Positions 13,690 through 27,330 of a stretch of 64,000 nt of DNA are shown in pieces (within the stretch, counting starts at the first letter, position 1; every line of letters starts with the position of its first letter). Origin of the DNA: Macrostomum lignano (taxonomy: Eukaryota); assembly GCA_002269645.1 (NCBI GenBank), contig NIVC01000870.1:124001-188000 (forward strand). The letters are read 5' to 3'. A program made the position numbers and the translations under genes. A model generated the notes under the pieces. That model worked only from the letters and a program-made list of their open reading frames with translations, searched no databases and was not told the origin of the DNA.

Positions 13690-15222
13690 TGTGTTGGTTC
13701 ATTCTATCTCTCATTGTTCTTCTTGTCATCCCTTAAATAGAGGATTTTCTCAGGGTGGCACTGATTGCAGGAGATGCCATAGATGATGCTCTTGGAGCCA
13801 CAGGACAGGCTCTGAGAGATTAAAAAACCGGAAGCCGGTCTCAGTCCCTGGGCGGAGAGAGCATGCGGTGAGTGGGTGCAGCATTTGCAGCGGGATGACC
13901 CACAGGGATGGAACCCTTTGGGAAGCAGACCCAGATTGGTCGTTGGTCCTGCAGTCCAGTTCATAAGTTTGAGGACCTCCTTTTTTGCAGTTTCTAAGAA
14001 AAATCTTCGAATAGCCTAATTGCTTGAGTTCCGATTTCAACGAATTGAAAGAATCACAGATTCGAGCGTACCGAATGACTTGGGATTTTACTACCCCCTT
14101 GAATGTGTGTGACGGATGGAAGGACTGTCGGTGCAACAATCCATGAGTGTCTGTTTCTTTCGAGAACAGTTGTGTTGTGAAGCGGTTCTCAGCTTTCTTG
14201 ATGGTCATGTCAAGGAAACTGACCTCCATTGATGAGGAGCTGACGGTGAGTTTAATGTTTGGGTTGATGAAGTTCAGGTGTCGAACAAATTCTGTCAGAG
14301 CTTCAGCCGGGTGGTCCCAGTGAATAAAGATATAATATATGTACATGTACCTAAAATAGATGTTCGGCTTATAAAGAGCAGTTCTCAAGGCAGTTTCCTC
14401 CCAGAGGCTCATGAAGAGACATGCATAGCTGGGGGCAAATATGCGCCCCATGGCTGTGCCTCTAAGTTGTAGGAAAATCATTTTGTCAAATTCAAAGTCA
14501 TTCCTGTACAAACACAGTTCTATTATCTTCAGAACTGCATCCACTAACAATAGGTCTGCCTGCTGGGACCCGAAAGGAATCAGCCAGGTGGCCGGGTCCT
14601 TGTGAATTTTTGGCAGCAGGTAGAAATGCCGGGGACGGAAGTTCTCTCCGGGACAAAGAAAAGAAAACTGTTTCTTAGATATGAACTTTCTGTTACATAA
14701 ATCCAGGAAGATCCCCCTGATAATTCCCGCAGTCTCGGGTTGCAGTGGCTGGTCCAGCTGTTGATAGGCATTAGTGTCAAGCAATTGTTTGTAGGCTGCA
14801 AATTAGTAATCCTTAGGTGCATGATTGACCACTGCGTTCCCTTTGTCCGCCTTTTTATAAGGAAAGGAGCTGTTTCGCTTGAGCCCCTGAATCGCCCTGG
14901 TCTCTGGTACCTCTAGGTTGCCTTTGACCTGTACCGTTGTCAAATTCTCTACCAGTTTTTGGTTCTCAAGCACAAAAAAGTTGCACTCATCCCTTCCAAG
15001 ACTAGGGGGAACCTCCTTCACTGATTTCCCGGTGAGGGGGGGCGGGCTGCTATTGGCGAGACTCCTCTTTTTGAAAAAGTCTTTCAAGAAAAGTTTACGA
15101 TGAAATTCCGTCATGCAGTTCCTCAGATCATCGAAATCAAGGGCTTGGGTTGGGATAAAATTGATTTCCCCTAGCAGCCTCGTCTCAGACTCAGTTTGAT
15201 TGAAGGTAGGGTGTAGATTCAA
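13690..15222 (-). pseudogene. Penelope-like element RT plus partial GIY-YIG endonuclease
   Basis: KKADKGNAVV, FYLLPKIHK, GTAMGRIFAPSYA, FLD, SFHPSH..KSQVIRY; Cys linker CGSSRCKCC; IIYGISCNQC..YL[fs]GMTRRTMRDRMNQH. The YxDD motif is destroyed (RYMYIYYIF) and part of the RT is deleted. Confidence 0.92.
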
Positions 15223-15454
15223 AATGTTGCCTTCCAGTTTGGGAGGCCTACAGTAGTCAGCTAGTTTAAAGTTCGCAGCCAGGATGCCAGCGCCAGTATA
15301 AAGTCAGGCGCTGAGAAAGATACAATTGGTTTAAGAGGAGGAGAGGCAATAAGAGTAACAGGTGAGAATTTCTTACTCAGAATTTGAGTCAATTCTTCAC
15401 CGCTGGCAAAGGGCGGAACCAGAAGGATCTTACGTGCCAGACTGTCCGCTCTCA

Positions 15455-15950
<496 letters not shown>

Positions 15951-16446
15951 AGAAATAATTCTTTGACCGACGGTTAGAAATGGAAAGGCTTGGTTTTGGA
16001 AAGTCTTGGAAGTAGACAGCAAAAGAAGTGAACTTACCTTAGCAGAAAAGCAAAAGTTAGGCAGGCAAATTCGTTTAAAAAAATAGCTTGTAAACAAAAC
16101 TTGCTCTCAATGTCTGCCTAAATTTATGCTTTTGACAATCTTGGTCTTTTTGAGTAAATTATTTACAGCTGACAGGAATAGCTAGGATAGATGGAAGGCA
16201 AGTGGGCCTTAAATACTCGTAGTTGTGGCAGAAAAGTTCAGAAAAGATTCTGAACCAGCCATCTGCATCAGTGATCATGGCCGCTTTTATTAAAAAATAT
16301 ACCGCTCTTGTCTGTTAGTTTGCAGCTTCAAAATCAAAATTACGTTTTGTTTTTAAAAAATATATTGTGAAGTTTTTGCTTCTTTATTGTTGCCAGAAAC
16401 GGTACAGAAGGAAAGGATATGGGGCAAGAATGATCATATTGAAAAG

Positions 16447-16790
16447 GCAAGATAGATCATAGAGAGGGCAAGATAGATCATGGAGAGGGCGAGATAGATC
16501 ATAGAGAGGGCAAGATAGATCATAGAGAGGGCAAGATAGATCATAGAGAGGGCAAGATAGATCATAGAGAGGGCAAGATAGATCATAGAGAGGGCAAGAT
16601 AGATCATGGAGAGGGCGAGATAGATCATAGAGAGGGCAATATAGATTATACTGGAGAGGGCGAGATAGATCATAGAGATCGGGCAAGATAGATCATGGAG
16701 AGGGGCAAGAGAGATCATAGAGAGGGGCAAGAGAGATCATAGAGAGAGGCAAGAGAGATCAGAGAGAGGGACAAGAGCAAGACTAAGAGA
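16447..16790. repeat. 21-bp minisatellite (GAGAGGGCAAGATAGATCATA)n
   Basis: About 15 tandem copies that decay towards the right; the heptad YDLSCPL in the ORF track reflects the 21-bp period. Confidence 0.95.
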
Positions 16791-17619
16791 GAATAGAGAT
16801 CATAGAGAGAAAAAGTGATCATAAATAGAGCACGCAGAAAACTGAGCTAGTGCAACACGAGGATTCTCATAAATTTTTAAACTCCTTTTAGAATCTGTAT
16901 TCGATAGCATATTCTAATTTCTAGAATCCAGATTTTTAAGGCAGTAATTATAAATCATTAAACAGGTCTATTTTATATATATACACAAAGCCTTACTAAA
17001 GAGAGGGAGTGTCACTAGTTTGGTTAACAGATTGCTCTTTAATATAGCAAGCAATAGCAAGTTAGCGAGCTTCCCCTGCCCTGAAAGAGCGGCTCTGCAA
17101 GTCTGCATTAGTCAATCCAATACCAAGTCAAGTCACGTAAAAAAGAAAGTGTTTACCCAGCTAGCTCAGGTTTGGCTTGTACAGCCTGAACTCCCTCGAT
17201 CTCTTTATCTCTCTCCCTCTCCCTCTGTAGCGTACTTTCGTCCCAGTGTAAATTGCGTCCCAGCGTATTGTCATTTCTCCAACCCAGCGTAGTGTGATCT
17301 CTGCAGTTTATAATATAGTTTCTATATATGGAGGTGGGGTTAATGTACAGTCCTTCTGCGCCTCTCCTCTCCCCTTGGGCTTGTGGGGTGGGGGGTTCGC
17401 AAGTGCCAGCTGTGTGAGTTAAGATAGGCGACTTTTTAAAGGAATGCTGTGTAACAGTGATTAAGTCCTCCCCAGTCTGAACGGATAATGCCTGTGTCAA
17501 GTTTCAACTGTACTTTAAATTCTACCGGAAATTGACTTTGTTGTTTTTTTAATACATGCAATTGCAATAATTGTGGCTCATTCAACCTCTGTCTAGCGCC
17601 AAGATTTCATCTATGGCGC

Positions 17620-17725
17620 CTTGATTGATTCTCATTTTGGTTGGCGCATTGATTCTCATTTTGACGTATTGATTCTCATTATGGCGCCTTGATTCTCATT
17701 TTGACGGTTTGATTCTCATTTGCCC
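17620..17725. repeat. Short tandem repeats of GATTCTCATT(TTG)
   Basis: Five copies of TTGATTCTCATT at short spacing. Confidence 0.75.
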
Positions 17726-18422
17726 CCTACCTTGTGTGCTTTTCCTGCCCGTGCCCCCCCCCCCCCAATAAACGAATTGAATAAATGTGGGGTTGAGCTG
17801 AGCCATGTGCCTTGCCCTTGTGCACATCTATGAACTCTGATCTCTGAATCCCCCTTTGCTCAGTCAGTCCCCAATTTCCAAGTTCCGAAGAAAAAGCTTT
17901 TCAGTTCGATTATTCTCGAATTCTATTGAGATTTCATTCATTGGGAAGGAAAGAAGTACGCCTATAGAAATTTAGAGCAAACACAGCCGGTCATACAGGC
18001 AACTAAGCCCTTCTCTTATCTTCCTCTCTGTCTGTCTCTCTCTCCACCAATCTGGTTTACCCTACCCGCACGGCCGCCCCGGAGTGCAGCCACCCCTCCA
18101 TGCGTACACAAACGTCTTTCCACATAAACTAGTTCGTATATTAGCAGGCACGCTGGGTTCCGCAGCTGCTCGTCTCTCCTCTCTCCCTCACCACGGCTCT
18201 CTAGACGCCGACGGCTGGAATTCTATAAATTCTACAGTACTGCTTTGGTGAGTCTAAAAGCGCAGCTTGTTATTCATAATGCTTCGGCATTAGCAGAATC
18301 TAGCTAGCTCTATAAAATAACATCATTCATTGGAATTAGAACTATTGACTAATGCCTTTGTCTTAAATTTAACAGGTGACTGCATGTCCTTTCACTTTGC
18401 ATTAGACGTACGATCGAACACA

Positions 18423-18523
18423 AGGTTTTATTACAAGTAGTATGAAGACGCGCACACGTCTTTTTGCCACCAGTGAACGGGCTTCTTTTTAGACGTGGGT
18501 CTTCATACTACTTGATAAACCTA
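18423..18523. repeat. Imperfect inverted repeat (hairpin)
   Basis: CAAGTAGTATGAAGAC (18434-18449) and GTCTTCATACTACTTG (18499-18514) are perfect complements, with extra pairing CACGTCT/AGACGTG and AGGTTT/AAACCT. Confidence 0.8.
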
Positions 18524-20170
18524 GTTTTGTACCGATAAAAAAGAACTTTGAGAATCTCAAGAAAAATTTAAATCTCTACTTATCCCATTTTTATCTTTGT
18601 CTGTTCTGTTTTTCTCCTCTCTAATCTCTCTCTAGTCTCTCCTCTCCTCTCGCTTTTCTCTCGCCTTGCCTTATCTTTATCTCTTATCTCCTCTTTTCTC
18701 TTCTCCATCTATTCTCCATCTATCAATCAGATAGTACACTAAACTGACATAGAATACCCTCTTTAAGCCTCTTCTTCAACGGGGTTGCAAAGAAAGCTAT
18801 AAATAAGTTATTCCAAAACACTGTACTTAATAAGCTGTATTGCCTGAACCTATAGTCTGGGGGGGGGTTGTACACATAGTGACTTGGAGCTTACCACGGT
18901 CTGCCAAACTTTGTACTGGGCTTGCAATTCAAATGTGCAGTTAAATAGCTAAATTTAATACGAAATTCTAATCACGTGACGCCCGTTTATCAATCTAATT
19001 TTCCTTGGTCTGTGCGCAAGTCGCATGAAGCTCTATTACACGCCCTCCCAACCAAGCCGCCAAGCCCTCTTACGTTGCCACAACCCCACTTGGAAGCGAC
19101 GGGTGTGTACATTGTATGTACGAATATTCTTTCCTTTCCTTCCTTTTCCTTTCCTTTCTAACCAACTTAACTCAGCCCAATGCCAAAGCCATGCAAGCAA
19201 TCGCATGCAAATGCAGATTATGCAAAGTAGTATCCCCTAGTGCCATTTATGTTGCGGGAATGTTGTACAAATGTTGACGCGCAACAAGTGGTAAACGTTG
19301 CTAGAAGCGACCGTTTGTCGCGCAAAACAACGTTGCAGAATGGTTGACGCATCAACATTGCAAAATCAACATACATCAACATCTGTGCAACATGTAGTCG
19401 TCGTGTCTACTATTAGTAGTATCTAATGTATGTGTATTATTCTATATACTACATATATTTCGTATCACTTTCATTCTATAATATACGACGACTCTACTAT
19501 TACACTTGCTTATGTCTTTCTTTCGCATGCCATGCATTAATTTTGGATTGTTGTTAAGGAACTTCTACCGGTAGTAACACTGACTACGTATAGTAAAAAA
19601 TCTGTAGCTTGCACACAGGTTCAAAAATCGAGACTCCTACATCTTGAAATAATACGAAAATACGGCCATGACTTAGCATTTGCTAAAAAGAATAAGTAAA
19701 ATAGCAAAAAACGTTTCGATTTAAAGGTCTGCGAAGATTAGCTAATGAGCACCATTAATTTTTTTTGTTTTATCGTAAACACATCAGATCAGACGGTTAC
19801 CATTATAGTAGGTCAAGAAAGCAATAAAAATATTTACTACATTAGATGCGCATGATGTGTATCTTTGTGTGTGACTGCAAGCTGCAACCTGCAGTGTTTC
19901 TTTTAATGAATAAAAAAGTTAGCAGGAAAATAAGAGATTCGCAAAACTATTATTAATGGCAACTGCTATTTGCATGCTGGCAAAACAGACATGTCGTTCA
20001 GAAAAGATGCAAAGATAACTAGAGATCTGATGGCGATGATTAAAAACAGCTATAGCCTCCAAAGAGATTCACCTAACCTAGAGCGAGTCTATACTGATCT
20101 TTGTTCTTAGAACTTAGAACAACTAGTTTTATTAAGCCACCAATCCCGTGAAGTCTGAACTCCTATTTAC

Positions 20171-22579
20171 TCAAAGTTGAGTAAGTGTACAACCGTCAAC
20201 GTTGATGACTTCAAATCGTTGGCCGCCATTGTCATTATCTTCGCTGCTGTCGTGAGCGCCCTCGTCGTCAGAACTGCTGTCGCTCTCGCCACTTGCATCG
20301 CCGTCAGTGTTCATGTCTGCGCCGTCACCTCCGCTTTGCCGAGTGCTCCTTGGGCCTGCAGCCGAGTTCCGAAGTTCTCCAGTCGGACGCTGTGCGGACT
20401 GCTGTGAGCACCTTTTTCGGCGGAACCGAGTGCCTGAGTGGCGCAGATGTTCGCCCACCGCGGATTCAATGGCCTCGCCTTTGGCGTCTTTGTGAACACT
20501 CCACACGACGTCTAAAAGTAGGTAAATACTGCCCATTAGTTTTGCTTACCCAAAGTAGATTAGTATCTAGATATGGACGTACAGAATTGATATATATTTA
20601 ACTAAGCAGCTTAAATACACATTTTATCATAGAAGAGACAAAATCCTAAGCACCATTATGTTGCTTACTTTTGATAAAAGGCAGCAGGCCAGTTGACTCA
20701 AAGCAATACTTGGAAACGCCAGAACGCTTGGCACCACGGAGACTGAACTGATGAGCAAGCTTGTCATCCATGATGTGGTATAAGATATTAGCGACGGACT
20801 TCATTAGAGTTTTGCTGGTAAGCCGCTTGAAGAACAGAAACTGAAATGTGTGGAATGAATTCGAATGGTAGACTAGAAATTGAATTAATAAACTACAAGA
20901 CATTACACATTAATAGTCATGTCTTGTAATGTGTTATATTCTCTCATAAAATACATGCGGCAGTTAAGCGGCATCCAGTCGCTTTTGTAAATCGTGCAAT
21001 GATAAAAATCATACAAAATACTAGCACTCACTGCATCATTTAAGCAGCCTCGATCACTTGTTAGTCGTGTGGCCCACTCAGTCAGTTTATCGACTTCGGT
21101 AAATGGCAGATCTTGAAGTATAGGCCTGTCGGTTGGCTGTTGGCCGTGCTGGGCATTGCTGGAGTTTGCACCTGTACTACGAGACGAAGAGTTCTGCAGA
21201 GCAAGAAACTGCAGGTGAAAGTCTTTCACCTCTGTAGCCAGGCCACAAATCGCACCATGCATCGCGCGCTGGGTTGCTAAAATGAAGAAAATTATCGAGA
21301 AGATGTATCAGCCAGTCAGGGATAATAGTCAGTTAGTGACTCAAATAGATTATTCTCTATACAAACCAGATGAACCTCCGAAACGTTAAGTACAAATTAA
21401 AAAGTGTAAATCGCAGCAAAACTCAGAATCATGCGGAGCTGAATGTTTAATAGTGCATTACGCCATTTTAATTTAAATCGTAACTTTACTTAATTCTGGA
21501 AATGAAGAGCTCGGATTAGAACTTCTAAATTAGAACTTCCATGCCCCATCGGAGAGGCCGCGGCAGATGCAGCAGAAGCAGGATGGTGCTGGATTCCATG
21601 CCCCATCGGAGAGGCCGCGGCAGCTGCAGCAGAAGCAGGATGGTGCTGGATTCCATGCCCCATCGGAGAGGCCGCGGCAGCTGCAGCTAAATTGGTGCTG
21701 GTGCTGAAGCTGCCACAAGAAGACTGTGAAAACGGGCTCAGACTCGATGTAGTAGCATGAACTGCGCTTGCCAAGATGGCTTCATGTTGGATGGAAGCCA
21801 AATTCGAACTGCTGCTTATTGTCAAAGGTGGCCTCGTGCCATCAGGTTGAAACTTTGGTGGCGCTGACGACTGTCCAGCACTCCGGCTGTTACCCAGTGT
21901 AGAGGATTTGCTCTTTGTCGTTCTCTTTCGGCCGGTTTTTCGAGTCTCAATGTCGAAATTCTCATTGTAATAGTGGTCGACAACTTGAATTCTTCGTGGA
22001 GCATCTATATCAGTAGAATCAACTTCTCCCCGACTCTCGTACCGCTTCCGCAGGTTGACAGCAGCGGGAAATTGATCTGCATGAAGGGGAATAGACACAT
22101 GTACATGTACACTATATAAAATTACATCCTTTATTATTAGCTATGAAAATTCGCTTTCACGTGGGACTTAGTCATCCCACATCTAATTAAACAAGAAAAA
22201 ATATCAACCCCCCGATGTAGATAATAGGAGCCACATTGAAGTACTTTTTTCTAATGTATACAAGAAAATAGTACAATAATTGCACTTAAGACTGGCTTCA
22301 TATGTAATCATAGGCATATCATATATAATCTACCTATTTGAAAATAATTCTGCATTAGCACATAAACTCACCTCTCGATCCAATGATGTCGACTTTGTAA
22401 GGCAACCAACTATCGTCTGGGACTGACTTCGACTGGTTTGTCAAGCAAGCCTTGAACTTTTTCAGGGGAGGGCACAAGACGCTGTCGCTGCCCTGAAGCC
22501 AGGAACGACGAACGATTTCAATTTCTTCAGTTTCATTGAAGCGAACAACAACAAATGCATTCAGGTCGTTTAGACTCAT
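20171..22579 (-). pseudogene. EnSpm accessory gene (DUF4806/BEN-like), 5 predicted exons, frameshifted by a 14-bp duplication
   Basis: Predicted exons 22579-22372, 22076-21490, 21276-21032, 20840-20669 and 20511-20171 with GT-AG introns and matching phases once the duplication at 21515-21539 is removed. Motifs FVVVRF..IVRRSWL..PP and ILYHIMDDKLAHQFSLRG..K..F. Confidence 0.75.
21539..21690 (-). repeat. 60-bp coding tandem repeat (about 2.5 copies; AAAAASPMGHGIQHHPAS)
   Basis: CCATGCCCCATCGGAGAGGCCGCGGCAG recurs every 60 bp. Confidence 0.9.
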
Positions 22580-23078
22580 TCATAGACTTGGCCCGAATAT
22601 GCTGAAATAAAAGTTGGAGGGAAACAAAGCAAAGTTAGAAAAGCTATCGGATCGGAACACATTTTCCTTTATTATTTTATAGTACTATGGGTGAAAACGC
22701 AACGCATATATTTCAGAAGCCTACCTTCACTAAAAATCTGTTAACAAACAGCAAAACCATTTTGCGAAGCAAAGAAAACCATCTAAAAAGGGACTGTCAT
22801 ATATTTCGCATGTCTATGCCTAATCATGTCTAGGTCTATATGCGATTGTTGGAAAGAATTTAATATGAAAGCATGAAATTAGTGACAGCGTGAAATGATA
22901 GTATGTTCTTCCCACAAACATTTATATTTTCTAATATTACCTGCTTACTCAGTGGGAGTGGCTAAAAATGAAACCAACATTTGCTGAATGAGAAAGCAGC
23001 TAGCTAGAAGAAGTCAGACAGAGAGTTCATTCAGTTGCTTCCAAACATTTGCAGAGAAATGCTTGATGTGCGTAGAAG

Positions 23079-26000
23079 CTACGCACAGTCGACCAATGTA
23101 TGTAAAATAGGGAGAATGCAGGAACGATTTTTGAGACTTACAAGCATCGCTTTACCATAGAAATCAGTCCATCGTACAGTTACGAGTGAGTTGCTTAAAG
23201 TATTGACAACGGAAATGTGCAGAGACATTGAGTCGAAAGTTTCGTCGTAGAGGGCGGTTTGCTGAATAAATTTCTTGCCAACGAAAATACAACCGACATC
23301 AGTAGAAATTATATGAGTGACTACAACTGCAAATCCATCTCGAGTTAAAATATAGCAGTCTGGATTAGCAACAGATATATACGTTCCACGCAATACAAGA
23401 CTAACTTTACGGTAAATACCAAATGTCTGAACTCCTTGCAATGAGAAGTCTACATTCGAAGATGCAATTGGACCGGAATATTCAAAAGGCGACTGAATAG
23501 AACACATGTGCTTAGGAAAAAAACCGAGAGTCACATCTCTCTCCAGAATTCGCTTCACAGTCTGCTCGAGAGCAAAACGTGGACTGCGAACAAACTGGGT
23601 AATAAAGCGGATAAAATTTTCGCCCCAAAAGCAACTAAAACTATCCAACGGACCACGTCGACGAACTTCTGAAGGAATATGAATTATTGAATGCACAGTG
23701 TACACGATAAACTCGTCACCCCAAATAATTGCACATTCATTAACAATGTGCTTTGCCAAATCTTCGGCATAAGAGCAGTACGTTTGACAAACCAAAGGAT
23801 GCGACAATAGGAAAACAAACGAATGCAGAGAAAGAAATAATTGATACACAGATTCAGGGACGTTTCCAGCTAAAACAATTGGCGCCAAGTACAAAATAAA
23901 CAATCTAAACTCAGTTGCCTTCCAAAGACCCACGCACTCAATCGACCGTGGCTTTCGTGCAAAATCATGCGGAATGCAAGACGAAATAGAACACAGATCA
24001 GCACTTATCTGACGAATATTAGGTCCAGATGCTCGATGGGGCAAGCGTCCCTTACCGAGGAATTTTAAACATTTAGGAACAATACCCTCGTATATTAAGT
24101 GCATTGGATCCAGAGGAAAATCATGAACCATGTCGATGGGCAAACTTAAAAAAGGGCTTGGTAGAAGAACATGATTTGGGTATACATCACCTCTGAAGCC
24201 AAAGTCAGTTCGTAGTGCAGCACTTAGGTCAGAAAATGTCACTCTTCCATTACAAAAGTCCCCTTCAACAGTGCACTTGTCGCAACCAAAGTATCCCCAA
24301 CATGCTTTTGTTCCTTTTACAAAGCTGCGTGCTGGTGAATCGCAGGTAATCATTGAAAGTTTAAAAGGTAATATGAGATCTGACTCTGAAGTGACAGTAG
24401 AGACAAATCCATCAGCCATCAAATCACGCAATTCAGTAATACAGTCGGCAAGAAAGTCCGAAGCAGAGAGGGGTTTGCCAGTTCCATAGTAAAGCCCGAT
24501 TATAAAAACAGAATGAGACAAATTCGAAACTCTACCCAACACAGGCCACAATGTATAGGTAGTGCTATTGTGCACTTTTGCACCATCAACAAAAAGGTGG
24601 AGGTTCAAGGAATCCAGACGAGAGCGTGATCCAATATTGCTCAGGAGAAAGTCAAGACCAGCTTTAACGCCAAAATGATAATATCGCCCTGGGTTGACAT
24701 AGCGAAAAGTAAGCTCCCTTGGTGTAGTCATTAGTCCACGATAGTCAGCAGCTAGACCAGGAAACTCGTCTTGTAGATTCTGAAGCAAGTAGTTCACGCA
24801 CGGCACTTCTGGGCCTGTTGCTTTAACCCAGTCTCGAAGCATGGCCTCGAGTCTCGCACATTGGTTGTCATCAGAATGAAGGGCTGATTCAATCGTTGAA
24901 GAAGTCAGGTTTCCTAAATGTAAGAAATAAATAGCTAGAGTATTATCAAAAACTATTAAAAAGATTATGCACATACTTGTTGATAAAATCACATTTTTAC
25001 TCTAAATTTTTGTTTAACTTTCAAAGTTACAGAAAAAATTTAAGTTAATTTATTTGTAAAGCAGAAATGAATAATGGATGGTGTAAGGTTCATATTCAGT
25101 TTAGAGGATCAAGCACACTAAGATGTCAATAAAAAGTGTTGAAAGCAATTAGGGGTTATTATAAAAAATAGATACATTCAATCTTACCAACATCATCACT
25201 AGTCATCTCCTGGTATTCAAGTTCCATTTGAGACTCTTCTGTGGGCTCAGGAGCAGCATGAATTCCAAGCTCTGCCATAGGCTCAGTTGGCTGTTGACTT
25301 GGATCTTCAGTGTGACATGGGCAATGCAGCATAACTGCAGCTTCCTCGTAGCTTCTCTTAATATGTCGTTGGACTGTTCGCTTACTGGCTCCATGAACAG
25401 ATGTTGAGGAAAAACCTAGACAAATTATAGAGAAATGGATGAAATGAAAGCCTCATAATTACGCCAGCATAATGAAGCCTTCTATGCCTTCAATACCTTG
25501 AGCAAGACCTAGCAAGAAACTGTCAGAGTATCAAGATCATACCCTTGATAATGAGTACTCAACATAAGTATATGCTTATTGCAACATATATATAATATAA
25601 ATTATAGCAAAAAATATGTTTATATTACAAATCTAATATACAATCCACAAATTTCCTAAAACTTGCATCTTGTGCTTTAAAGAAAATAATAATTGTTTAA
25701 CAACATTGCAAGCTTTATTTTCTCCAAACAGAAGCATTATAGATAAAAAAATTTACTCAAAGTTTTGCCAAAAGCAAAAATAAATCAAGTTGACAATTAT
25801 CATTATGAACAAATCCCAAATACACTAAATTCATCATTTAGCATAGCAAACATTTTTATAGGCAAGGTTTGATTTAGGGTCTAATATAGTAGAACTAAAA
25901 CTAATAAATATAATAAATAATAAAACTAATATAGGGTCTTTAGGAGCATATATAAAAATTAACAAATTAGGTTGAATACAAATAGCCAGCATTATATACT

Positions 26001-27330
26001 TTTAAGCTTGATACTCAAGTCTCTTGAATTTTGACTAGCACTTCATATCCAACAAATAACTTTTCAATAAATTTTGTTTTATTTAAATTAATTTAGCTAT
26101 CATTAGCTAGTTATTAAATATAACATTTCTTATGAAACAATCTTATACCATAGTCCAGAAGAAGGCATCTTGTACCCCAGAAATTTCTAGGGTACACTCA
26201 AGAAATTTAGCATACATTGGCATACACAAAAAGTGATTTTCTAAGGCTTTTGGCATATATGTTTAATATTTTTGTGACACACAAAGAATGAAAAGTTATG
26301 TTATTAATAATTGTTACAATAGTTGTCCATGCATACATTACTATAAAATTTGATATAAAATTAATGCAAAACTGAATTCTGTTTTTTATAAGTTAAAAGT
26401 CATGATTTTTAACAAAAATGCACAAAGTTTACTTTTGTTTTTTTAATATATATAACATTATATAAATATAACTATAACTGTTATTTTTAGTTTTTAGCTC
26501 ATCTCATTTAAATTAAATATCTAAATCACCCATCATGTTCCATCACTTATTCCTAGCAATTTAGATGTTTTGTGTAAAGTATTATAAATGGTATATATTG
26601 GCATTAAAAGAATGTTGACAGTTTTTTTGTGGGGCACATATAGTGTTCTGAACTATAGATCTTATACAAAAAATCTATGATTTGCAACACTTTTTATTTA
26701 TAGTTGAAATTTGCTCTTTAATCATTTCTAAGTCTATTTTACATCCAAAATGCAAAAAAACTTATTGATATTTGCAATCTACACTTTAATCTTTATTTTG
26801 GCAGTCTTAGTCTTACTTCTTATAATAAAGGAATGTTTAGACAAACATTTTATGATATAGAGCAATAGGCCTAATATAGATATATAAATAGACTATACCA
26901 AATGGTATATAATTGAGGCAAACTTGAACTAAAAATAGTTAGTATATATATATATATATATATATATATAATCATATTTATACCAACAACATGAGTTTGT
27001 ATTATATTTATATTATAGGGCCTAGCAACATATTATACTAACTAACCTTAAGTATTAGGCCTATACTAACAAATGTTTGGCCTAAATAAGGCTAAGCATA
27101 ACATAATCAAAATACTTTATATATTAGATAAGCATAAAAATATATATTAGAAACAGAGTTTCATTGCATTATTATTTACCTACAACAACTGTGTCTTCAC
27201 TTAGAGTAGGTGCAGAAGCAGATGGCCCAGACAAAAATACAATATTAGATGCTAGACCACTAAGGGCCTGGTCCTGATTATTTGCAACTTCAGGTTCAAC
27301 TTGATCTTTGTCTATCTCTTGGGTAGTTTT
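23079..27330 (-). CDS. EnSpm/CACTA-type DDE transposase, spliced and apparently intact
   Basis: Main exon 24913-23079 is open (FVDG, CDSPAR, GYFGCDKC, LDPMH, WGENF). Upstream exons 25415-25188 and about 27320-27180 join in frame through phase-1 GT-AG introns. The first exon or start codon was not located. Confidence 0.88.

Noticed and set aside
16447-16790. CRISPR-like appearance of regular repeats (also 34934-35250, 48109-48420 and 59141-59330)
   Set aside because: There are no unique spacers or cas genes, and the context is eukaryotic; these are ordinary minisatellites.
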